Origin: Aquificota bacterium
Lineage (GTDB): Bacteria; Thermosulfidibacterota; Thermosulfidibacteria; Thermosulfidibacterales; B14-G1
Assembly: GCA_015486105.1 (NCBI GenBank)
Contig: WFSI01000093.1
Span: 1 to 48,154 of the forward strand
DNA length: 48,154 bases
Direction of reading: 5' to 3'
In this document: piece after piece, positions 38,138 to 45,876 of the stretch
Numbering within the stretch: the stretch's first letter is position 1
How the letters are laid out: each line of letters starts with the position of its first letter
Notes under the pieces: generated by a model
Told to the model about the DNA's origin: nothing
What the model saw: the letters and a program-made list of their open reading frames with translations, nothing else
Database searches by the model: none
Program-made: the position numbers and the translations under genes

Positions 38138-38484
38138 GAATCATCCTCCCCCCTCAAAAGCTCATACAACACCCCGGACAATTCAAATAAAGGTAATTTG
38201 GAAACAAGAATAGGAATCCCCTCTTTCTCCGCTTTATCCAATACTTCAGGTGAAGGAACTATACCTTTAGCAAGCACGATTCCCCCCAGATCACTTACTT
38301 TAGCTACAGCCACTATATTTAAATGCCTCTGAATAGTAAGCCACAAATCCCCTGCATTAGCACCAGCCATTACATCGGAAAGAAGGTCCGATGCATAGGC
38401 CCACCTCACCTCCCTGTCTTGGACATCCACACCCCTCGTCACTAATTCTAAATCCAATTTGTCTATAATATTTTTAAGCAGCAT
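38134..38484 (-). CDS. DRTGG-domain protein
   Basis: YASDLLSDVMA, LWLTIQRHLNIVAVA and AEKEGIPIL. Confidence 0.85.
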   Translation of the reverse strand: MLLKNIIDKLDLELVTRGVDVQDREVRWAYASDLLSDVMAGANAGDLWLTIQRHLNIVAVAKVSDLGGIVLAKGIVPSPEVLDKAEKEGIPILVSKLPLFELSGVLYELLRGEDDS

Positions 38485-38923
38485 CTTTCCTCCTAAAAAC
38501 CACAGAATATATCTTGGTTCCTTTGCCCATCTCCGACTCTATATGAAAAACATCAGACTTTTCCTTAATATTAGGCAAGCCCAAACCTGCACCGAAACCC
38601 AATTCTCTTATCCAGAGAGGAGCCGTAGAGTAACCAGGAGTCATGGCCTTTTCTACATCCTCAATACCCGGGCCATCATCTTCCACAACCACCTCCACTC
38701 TGTTAGGCTTAACCTCAACCTTCAAGTGACCACCCCTATCCGCGTAAGATGCCAGATTCATCTCAGCCTCAAAACAGATTATAGATACCTTTTTGATCAC
38801 ATCATCCTCGACCCCTATTTCTTGCAAGCGCCTCTTTATCTCTGTAGAAACTACGCCCACATTGTCCAAATCCCCACCTTTCAAAATCGCATAGTGAAGA
38901 ACAACCTCCCAGCCTTCACTCAA
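38474..38923 (-). CDS. Anti-sigma-factor-type Ser/Thr kinase (RsbT/RsbW-like HATPase)
   Basis: FEAEMNL, EDDGPGI, AMTPGYSTA, GFGAGLGLPN and GKGT. TTG at 38923 overlaps the upstream stop (TTGA). Confidence 0.88.
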   Translation of the reverse strand: MSEGWEVVLHYAILKGGDLDNVGVVSTEIKRRLQEIGVEDDVIKKVSIICFEAEMNLASYADRGGHLKVEVKPNRVEVVVEDDGPGIEDVEKAMTPGYSTAPLWIRELGFGAGLGLPNIKEKSDVFHIESEMGKGTKIYSVVFRRKDAA

Positions 38924-39279
38924 AGATACTTCCCCTCTGAACACCGAATCCCTTTTAAGTACAACCTGCCGCAGGCCTCAAAGGTGGGGATAGGGGTACT
39001 TAATAACACTATACCGTTCTCCGTTGCCCAACTAATCACTTTCTCTTCAGTGGGCTTCTTACCCCTCACGTAGAGAATAGCCGGAATACCCATCACCTCC
39101 GCCACTCTCACTACCTGTGGTGCCACATTACTAGTGACAGTAAGGGCAGGTCCGCCTCTCAGAGCCAGAACATCAGACAGAAGATCCGCCGCACAAGCGG
39201 CTTCTATTTCCCTTCTTCCCTCTTCTTCCAGGTTCAAGAACTGGGCTTCCAATAGCTCAGCTACTTCCTTCAGTTTCAC
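38920..39279 (-). CDS. DRTGG-domain protein
   Basis: ACAADLLSDVLA, QVVRVAE, VRGKKP and FEACGRLY. Confidence 0.85.
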   Translation of the reverse strand: MKLKEVAELLEAQFLNLEEEGRREIEAACAADLLSDVLALRGGPALTVTSNVAPQVVRVAEVMGIPAILYVRGKKPTEEKVISWATENGIVLLSTPIPTFEACGRLYLKGIRCSEGKYL

Positions 39280-39766
39280 TCAATCCCTCCCTCTCATAGT
39301 ACCCCTTCACTATATTCCAGGCCCGCTGGGGACTGAGCCTCCCGTAAACATCTTCACCAATCATAATAACAGGGGCAAGACCACAAGCCCCAACGCATCT
39401 CACGGTATTCACAGTAAACTTCTGATCTTTAGTGGTGCCCCCCACCTTAACCCTCAGCCTGTGACAGAGGGTTTCCAGCACATCCTTCCCCCCCTTCACG
39501 TGGCAGGCAGTTCCCAAACAGACACGGATCTCATACTCCCCTATGGGCTCTGTCCTGAAAAAGTTGTAAAAGGTTACCACGCCATAAACATGGCTGGGCG
39601 GAACCCCTAGTTCCTGGGCAACATACCCAATAATCTCCGGCGGAAGATAGCCAAAGACCCCTTGAGAAAAGTGAAGCACTTTAATAAGGGACCCAGGATC
39701 CCCCCTGAAATTCGCCACGAAGTCCTTAACCTTATTATGCTCCGGCGTGTCCGGCAGTTTCACCAT
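39257..39766 (-). CDS. nuoE: NuoE/HydC(HndA)-like [2Fe-2S] subunit
   Basis: QGVFGYLP, VYGVVTFY, CLGTAC and CVGACGLAP. Confidence 0.92.
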   Translation of the reverse strand: MVKLPDTPEHNKVKDFVANFRGDPGSLIKVLHFSQGVFGYLPPEIIGYVAQELGVPPSHVYGVVTFYNFFRTEPIGEYEIRVCLGTACHVKGGKDVLETLCHRLRVKVGGTTKDQKFTVNTVRCVGACGLAPVIMIGEDVYGRLSPQRAWNIVKGYYEREGLSETEGSS

Positions 39767-39778
39767 TGCCCCCCTCCT

Positions 39779-40351
39779 TTAACGAGCACCAAATTCAAAC
39801 CAGTGATAAACATCCCTCATGAGCTGTTCATAACTACCCTTCACACCCTCATAGAGTCGGGCATTCTCTATAGCAATAGTAGCCTGCTCAGCCAAAGCCT
39901 GAACAAAATCTACCTCATCCGCGCCAAAAGCCCGGGGGTTAGAAGTATAAAGTCTAAGAACACCAATCACTTTACCCCTCAACACCAAAGGAACACTAAG
40001 TATAGAAGCTACGCCTTCCTTTACAGCCGCCTCTTTATACTGGACCCTAATATCATGAGCTGCATCATAAACAGCTACAGGTTTACCCTCCATGGCATCG
40101 GCGACGCTTCTGTCAGCCTCAACGGGACCCTTCTTTAAATAATCCTCAGAGATGCCATAAGAAGCCACCAACTCCAATCGCTTAGACTCCTCATCCAAAA
40201 GCCGCAGAGTAGCACCCTTGACCCCCATCACTTCCGAAACCTTCTTCACCGCCCGGTCAAAAACTTCCTTGAGACTAAGAGTAGAGTTAATCAATCTACT
40301 CACTTCTTTGAAAGTCTCAAAATACTTCTTATACCTCCCCTCTTCTGCCAT
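39779..40351 (-). CDS. Stand-alone GAF-domain protein
   Basis: INSTLSL.EV, LELVASYG, SILSVPL, VIGVLRLY and LAEQATIAIENARLY. ATG at 40351. Confidence 0.88.
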   Translation of the reverse strand: MAEEGRYKKYFETFKEVSRLINSTLSLKEVFDRAVKKVSEVMGVKGATLRLLDEESKRLELVASYGISEDYLKKGPVEADRSVADAMEGKPVAVYDAAHDIRVQYKEAAVKEGVASILSVPLVLRGKVIGVLRLYTSNPRAFGADEVDFVQALAEQATIAIENARLYEGVKGSYEQLMRDVYHWFEFGAR

Positions 40352-40386
40352 AAAAGCACCCCCCCCCCAAGGTACTATTCTGGGAG

Positions 40387-40440
40387 AGATTACTACCCCG
40401 GTGAAATCATTGTCAATAGAGAAAATGATTTCCTTCACAA
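40387..40440 (-). promoter_or_regulatory. Promoter of the GAF-nuoE...nuoF-fusion operon with conserved upstream element
   Basis: Minus strand reads TTGTGAAGGAAATCATTTTCTCTA-TTGACA, an 18-nt spacer, then TAATCT. The inverted repeat GAAATCATT-N12-AATGATTTC (40403-40432) straddles the -35 box. Confidence 0.65.
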
Positions 40441-40591
40441 AAGAGACTTAAGAACCCTCTTGCCTCTTCCTAATCCACTATCTTCAAGAGCTTCCATAGC
40501 AAAGCCATCCCCTTTTAAGACCCCCGCCTCAACAAGTCTTTACTGATTCTTATCCTTTATGCTAAAGGGTGGCCGCTTGAAGGAGAATTTC

Positions 40592-40714
40592 ATGTTTAAA
40601 AAGCTGGGCGAGAATAGACTGAGCAAGAAGGCCTGGATTATTATCTTAGGCACACCCTTGGTCCTTATACTACTGCTGCTCCTCCTCTCTTTGGTTATAA
40701 GGTTGGGAAAATGA
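40592..40714 (+). CDS. Small single-pass membrane protein (40 aa), unannotated
   Basis: AAGGAG RBS; MFKKLGENRLSKKAWIIILGTPLVLILLLLLLSLVIRLGK*; ATGA overlap with dprA. Confidence 0.65.
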   Translation: MFKKLGENRLSKKAWIIILGTPLVLILLLLLLSLVIRLGK

Positions 40715-41790
40715 AAAGCAAAGAATGGAGCCTCTTCCTCTCCCTGGCACCCGGGGTGGGCGCTAAAACTTACAGCAGACTCATCACAGCATTAGGTTCC
40801 ACCAAAGCCGTTTTTGAGGCTTCGAAGAGAGAATTAGAGGCCATTCCGGGGATCAGGCCTTCTGTCATAGAGACCCTACTCTCCCCGGGAACCTTATTAG
40901 AAAAAGGCAAAGAAGTCTTACGGGATTTACAAGAACACAAAATAGGTTATATTACCTTAGAACAAAAAGACTATCCTCTTTCCCTCAAAATCATCCCTTA
41001 TCCTCCTCCAGTTCTTTACTACAAAGGGAACCCATCCACATTAAAGGAGCCATGTTTCACCGTGGTGGGTACCAGAGGGGCATCCCCCTATGGCTTGAAC
41101 ATGGCCTTTAACTTATCCAAGGGGTTAGCCCATGCTGGATTGGTAATCATTAGTGGCTTAGCCCGGGGCATAGATACCTCGGCTCACAAAGGGGCTCTTA
41201 GTACAGGGATCACAGCTGCCTTCCTGGGCTCTGGACTAGATACCCTTTACCCTCCAGAAAACAGAAGATTAGCCCAAAGCATTATAGAGAAAGGAGGTGC
41301 AATCTTAAGTCCCTACCCCCCCGGAACCCCACCGGAACGGGGGCATTTCCCAAGACGCAACCTCCTCATGGCAGCCTTGGGGACAGGGGTTTTGGTTGTG
41401 GAGGCCGGGGAAAAGAGCGGTGCCCTCATGACAGCTCACTATGCCAGGAATATGGGCAAAGAGATCTTTGCTCTACCCGGTCCCGTGGGACTATCTCGAA
41501 CCAGAGGAGTCCACACACTCATAAAAGAAGGGGCCCATCTAATAGAGGACACCCAGGACATCCTGAACGTTCTACATATAAAAGGCAAAAAAGCACCGAG
41601 AAAACCCCCTATGACTGAAACAGAAAAAAGGGTGTGGGAAACCCTAGAGGAAGGGGCCTTACCCATCGAGGTACTCATGGAAAAATGCGATCTCACCCTC
41701 CAGGAGGCTTACTCACTCCTCCTCCAAATGGAGCTGAAGGGACTGATAGCCAGCGGGGGAGGAAATATCTTTATGAGAAGGGCATTATGA
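40711..41790 (+). CDS. dprA: DNA processing protein DprA (Smf)
   Basis: YPPPVLY, VVGTR, SGLARGID, FPRRN, VVEAGEKSGALMTA and a C-terminal winged helix. Confidence 0.95.
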   Translation: MKSKEWSLFLSLAPGVGAKTYSRLITALGSTKAVFEASKRELEAIPGIRPSVIETLLSPGTLLEKGKEVLRDLQEHKIGYITLEQKDYPLSLKIIPYPPPVLYYKGNPSTLKEPCFTVVGTRGASPYGLNMAFNLSKGLAHAGLVIISGLARGIDTSAHKGALSTGITAAFLGSGLDTLYPPENRRLAQSIIEKGGAILSPYPPGTPPERGHFPRRNLLMAALGTGVLVVEAGEKSGALMTAHYARNMGKEIFALPGPVGLSRTRGVHTLIKEGAHLIEDTQDILNVLHIKGKKAPRKPPMTETEKRVWETLEEGALPIEVLMEKCDLTLQEAYSLLLQMELKGLIASGGGNIFMRRAL

Positions 41791-43835
41791 AGAAAAAACT
41801 GGTCATTGTTGAATCACCAGCCAAGGCCCGTACCCTGAATAAGTACCTTGGCAGGAACTTTCAGGTGAAAGCCAGTATGGGCCATGTAAGGGATCTACCT
41901 AAAAGCAAATTAGGAGTAGATGTAGAGAACAACTTTGCCCCTACTTATGTCACCATAAAAGGAAAAGAAAAAATTTTAAAAGAACTTAAAAGGGACGCCA
42001 AAGACTCCCAAGAGATATACTTGGCCTCAGATCCTGACCGGGAGGGAGAAGCGATAGCCTGGCACATTGCCCAGGCGTTGGGGAAAAAGGAAGGCAAAAA
42101 GCTCAGGAGGGTTCTCTTCCACGAAATCACCAAAAAGGCCATTCAAGAAGCTTTAAAACGCCCTGGCCCCATTGATACTAACAAGGTAAACGCACAACAG
42201 GCTAGGCGCGTCTTAGACCGGTTAGTAGGCTATACTCTCTCCCCCCTTCTCTGGCGCAAAGTAGAAAGAGGACTGTCCGCAGGCAGGGTCCAGTCCGTAG
42301 CCGTGAGACTCATCTGTGAGCGGGAAGAAGAAATAGAAAAGTTCGCTCCCCAGGAATACTGGAGCATCACCGCTCACTTAGAGAAAAAAGGAGTACCTCC
42401 TGCCTTTTCTGCCAACCTTTTCAAGATAAAAGGCAAAAAAGCCGAACTTCCCAAGAAAAAGAAAGTCAAGGAGGTCCTCGATAGCCTAAAAGGAGCCACC
42501 TATAAGGTAGTAAAAGTTGATAGAAAAGAGAGAAAAGACAATCCTAAACCCCCTTTCACCACCTCTACCCTCCAGCAAGAAGCAGCCAGAAAACTGGGAT
42601 TCACTGCCAAAAAAACCATGCTCGTTGCCCAACATCTCTACGAAGGTACGGACCTGGGAGAAGAAGGACCTGTAGGTCTCATTACTTACATGAGAACGGA
42701 TTCGGTAAGGCTATCCCCAGAAGCCCAGAAACAGGCTCGGAAAGTTATCAAGAAACTCTGGGGAGAAAGGCATCTCCCCTCCAAGGCCCCTCAGTACAAG
42801 AGCAAAAAAAGCGCCCAGGATGCCCATGAGGCCATCAGACCTACAGAACCCTCCAGGATTCCCGATTCCCTTAAAGGGCTCCTGCCTCAAGAACACTGGA
42901 AACTCTATAAGCTCATCTGGGACCGGTTCATGGCAAGCCAGATGAAACCCGCCCTCTACGATGTAACCACCGTGGACATCCTAGCAGGGGAATGCCTGTT
43001 CAGAGCCACAGGGAGAGTGCTTAAGTTCCCTGGATACACCATACTTTACACTGAAGGAAAAGATGAAAAAGGGGAAGAAGAATCCGTCAGCCTTCCCCCT
43101 CTAAAAGAAAAAACCACCTTAGAACTCATAAAATTAGAATCTAAACAGCACTTCACCCAGCCTCCTCCAAGATTTACTGAAGCCACCTTAGTAAAAACCT
43201 TGGAAGAGAGGGGCATTGGTAGACCCAGCACCTATGCTGCCATCCTCTCCACCATTCAAGAGAGGGGCTACGTAGAAAAAAAGCAGAAACGCCTTCATCC
43301 CACCATCCTGGGCCGTACAGTAAATGAACTTCTAGTAAAGTTCTTCCCCCGAATTCTGGACGTAGATTTTACCGCCCGCATGGAAGAATTCCTGGACGAA
43401 ATCGAAGAAGGTAAGAGGGAATGGGTAGAGCCCCTGCAGCAATTCTACACCCCTTTTACGGAAGAACTGAAGATAGCAGAAGACAAGATGGAACGGGTAA
43501 AAAAAACGGGCAAGACCACGGATATTCTCTGTGACAAGTGCGGCAGACCCATGGTGGAAAGGTGGTCCCGTCATGGCCGATTCCTAGGCTGTTCAGGATA
43601 CCCAGAGTGCAAAAATATCATACCCCTCAACTCACAAGGAGAAATCGTGAGGAAAGAAGAATTGGATAAATCCTATCCATGTCCCGCAGAAGGGTGTGAT
43701 GGCTACCTGGTGAAGAGGAGGGGTCGGGGTGGACGGTTCTTTTACGGCTGCAGCAACTATCCCAAATGCAGATTCACCACCAACAAGCTGGAAGATATAG
43801 AAAAAGGAGATCAAAAAGAAGGCCCAACCCCCTGA
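41787..43835 (+). CDS. topA: DNA topoisomerase I
   Basis: LVIVESPAK, DPDREGE, SAGRVQS, LITYMRTDS, AHEAIRP and two C4 zinc ribbons. ATG at 41787 (ATGA overlap). Confidence 0.97.
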   Translation: MKKKLVIVESPAKARTLNKYLGRNFQVKASMGHVRDLPKSKLGVDVENNFAPTYVTIKGKEKILKELKRDAKDSQEIYLASDPDREGEAIAWHIAQALGKKEGKKLRRVLFHEITKKAIQEALKRPGPIDTNKVNAQQARRVLDRLVGYTLSPLLWRKVERGLSAGRVQSVAVRLICEREEEIEKFAPQEYWSITAHLEKKGVPPAFSANLFKIKGKKAELPKKKKVKEVLDSLKGATYKVVKVDRKERKDNPKPPFTTSTLQQEAARKLGFTAKKTMLVAQHLYEGTDLGEEGPVGLITYMRTDSVRLSPEAQKQARKVIKKLWGERHLPSKAPQYKSKKSAQDAHEAIRPTEPSRIPDSLKGLLPQEHWKLYKLIWDRFMASQMKPALYDVTTVDILAGECLFRATGRVLKFPGYTILYTEGKDEKGEEESVSLPPLKEKTTLELIKLESKQHFTQPPPRFTEATLVKTLEERGIGRPSTYAAILSTIQERGYVEKKQKRLHPTILGRTVNELLVKFFPRILDVDFTARMEEFLDEIEEGKREWVEPLQQFYTPFTEELKIAEDKMERVKKTGKTTDILCDKCGRPMVERWSRHGRFLGCSGYPECKNIIPLNSQGEIVRKEELDKSYPCPAEGCDGYLVKRRGRGGRFFYGCSNYPKCRFTTNKLEDIEKGDQKEGPTP

Positions 43836-43871
43836 GGTTAAAGGCACTCAGAGGTCTTTAACGGAAAGAAA

Positions 43872-43900
43872 TTGAAATAGCACCGCCAAAGAATTAACTT
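43872..43900 (+). promoter_or_regulatory. Candidate sigma70 promoter for the OYE-family gene
   Basis: TTGAAA-17 nt-TAACTT, preceded by the hairpin GTTAAAGGC...GTCTTTAAC (43837-43862) after the topA stop. Confidence 0.45.
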
Positions 43901-43930
43901 TCCCTCAGAAAAACAAAGGGGAGAGAGAAA

Positions 43931-45838
43931 ATGGAAAGGTTCTTTAATCCCATCAAATTAGGTAGATTAGAATTAAGAAATCGATTCATCATGGCTCCTA
44001 TAAAAACGGCCTATGGCACACCCGAAGGGAAAGTGACCCAAAGGCACCTCAATTTCTACAGTAAAGTGTCCCAAGGAGGGGTATCCCTCATCATCCTTGA
44101 GCCCGTATCTGTATTGAAGAATGGCAAGGAGCACCCTAAACAGCTATGCATAGACAGCAAAGAATGCGCCTCAGAACTGGAAAAGATAGTGAAACTTCTG
44201 CACAAAAATAGTACCTACGCCTGCCTGAATCTTAACCACGCGGGAAGGGCTGCCAACCCCAAGGCCACAGGAGGAAACCCAAAGGCACCATCACCTGTGC
44301 TATGCCCTTCCACAGGCCAGACCCCCCAGGAACTCACCACCGAGGAAATAAAAGAAATCATCACCGCCTTTGGCATTGCAACTCAGAGGGCTATAGAAGC
44401 AGGATTTGATGCCATTGAAGTCCAGTGTGGTCACGGATACCTTGTAAGCCAGTTCATGAGGAAAAGCATTAACAAAAGGGAAGACGCCTACGGCCGAGAC
44501 CCCCTCCTCTTCGCCAAAAGAGTGCTGGAGGAAGTAACCAGCAAGGCGGGAGACACCCCAGTGTTCATTCGCATATCGGGAAGTGAATTCGTAGAAGGAG
44601 GGATCACGCCTCATGAGAACCAAGCCCTCATCGCTCTGGCGGAAGAACTGGGGATAAAGGCCATCCATGTGGGATTTGGAAACGCCTGCGAAACACCACC
44701 TTGGTATTTCGGTCACATGGCTCTGCCAGAAGAACCCCAACTCGAAGTCCTTAGGGAAATAAGGGGCATGACCAAACCCCCCCTCATCGCAGCGGGTAGG
44801 ATGGCCTCCAAGGAAAAACTCCAAAAAATAGCCGATGAAAACCTAAGCGACATGGTAGCATTTGGCAGACCCCTCATAGCCGATCCCCTGCTGGTGAATA
44901 AACTGGAGGCTGAAGACTACGACTCCATAGTTTACTGTGGCTACTGCCTTCAGGGCTGCCTTTTCAATGTGAAAGCTGGATTGGGTCTTGGATGTATAGT
45001 CAATCCAGGCATAGACAAGGAAGAACCCCCTCCCCCAAAGGAAAAACTTAAATGCGTGGTGGTGGGCGCCGGTCCTGCCGGCATTGTGGCAGCCATAAAC
45101 TTGGTGCAAAGAGGACATAACGTTAAACTATATGAAAAAGAGAAAGAACCAGGAGGCCAATTCAGACTTGCTCCTCTATCTCCCTTAAAGAAAAACATGA
45201 CCAGACCCTTGAACTCCCTGATAAAACAGCTTGAGACAAGCCATGTGGAGATAATCTTTGGAAAAGAGGTGACAGTTGATCTCCTCAAATCTGAAGCCCC
45301 TAACGTGGTAATTATTGCCACGGGGAGCGTACCCAACGTCCCCCACATCGAGGGGCTCAAGACCCAGTACTGGATGACAGGCGTGGACTTCTTCACGGAC
45401 AAGAAGTCCGTGAAGGGAGAAAGGGTTCTTATCATAGGAGCCGGTATGGTAGGCGTCGAGGCGGCAGAGATCCTCAGCAGAGAGAACAAGACCGTGGTGG
45501 CTACCAAAAGGACAGACACTATAGCCAACGACATGGAACCCATCACCAGAAACCTCCTTCTCAAAGACCTGAACTCCAGGGCCAATGTAAAGCTCATGCC
45601 CAACACCACCGTTAAGAGGTTCACGCCCCAAGGAGTGGAAGTGGTTTCTCAAGGAAAAGATACGCTCCTAAAGCCCTTCAATACGGTGATCCTCACCGCT
45701 GGCATGGAACCCTCCGACGCCCTCTACCAAGAACTCAAAGATAGTATAGAAAAATTAGAAATCATAGGGGACTCCAAAGAGCCCAGAAGTATATACTGGG
45801 CAACTCAGGAAGGATACGAGGTTGGAGTGAAGTACTAA
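43931..45838 (+). CDS. NADH:flavin oxidoreductase, OYE-like TIM barrel with [4Fe-4S] and FAD/NAD(P) domains (2,4-dienoyl-CoA/enoate reductase-like)
   Basis: NRFIMAP, LNHAGR, GHGYL, NKREDAYG, CGYCLQGC...C and GAGPAG. Confidence 0.9.
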   Translation: MERFFNPIKLGRLELRNRFIMAPIKTAYGTPEGKVTQRHLNFYSKVSQGGVSLIILEPVSVLKNGKEHPKQLCIDSKECASELEKIVKLLHKNSTYACLNLNHAGRAANPKATGGNPKAPSPVLCPSTGQTPQELTTEEIKEIITAFGIATQRAIEAGFDAIEVQCGHGYLVSQFMRKSINKREDAYGRDPLLFAKRVLEEVTSKAGDTPVFIRISGSEFVEGGITPHENQALIALAEELGIKAIHVGFGNACETPPWYFGHMALPEEPQLEVLREIRGMTKPPLIAAGRMASKEKLQKIADENLSDMVAFGRPLIADPLLVNKLEAEDYDSIVYCGYCLQGCLFNVKAGLGLGCIVNPGIDKEEPPPPKEKLKCVVVGAGPAGIVAAINLVQRGHNVKLYEKEKEPGGQFRLAPLSPLKKNMTRPLNSLIKQLETSHVEIIFGKEVTVDLLKSEAPNVVIIATGSVPNVPHIEGLKTQYWMTGVDFFTDKKSVKGERVLIIGAGMVGVEAAEILSRENKTVVATKRTDTIANDMEPITRNLLLKDLNSRANVKLMPNTTVKRFTPQGVEVVSQGKDTLLKPFNTVILTAGMEPSDALYQELKDSIEKLEIIGDSKEPRSIYWATQEGYEVGVKY

Positions 45839-45844
45839 ATCTAA

Positions 45845-45870
45845 GGGGGGACAGGAGAAACTGCCCCCCC
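45845..45870. terminator. GC-rich hairpin between convergent genes
   Basis: GGGGGG(A)CAG-GAGAAA-CTGCCCCCCC. Confidence 0.55.
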
Positions 45871-45876
45871 AGAAAC

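Noticed and set aside
41634-41786. N-terminal extension of TopA (and similar extensions for RseP, RdgB, NuoK, NuoJ, GAF and csp)
   Set aside because: These are artefacts of longest-ORF calling; downstream starts have an RBS or ATGA coupling and match the family N-termini.
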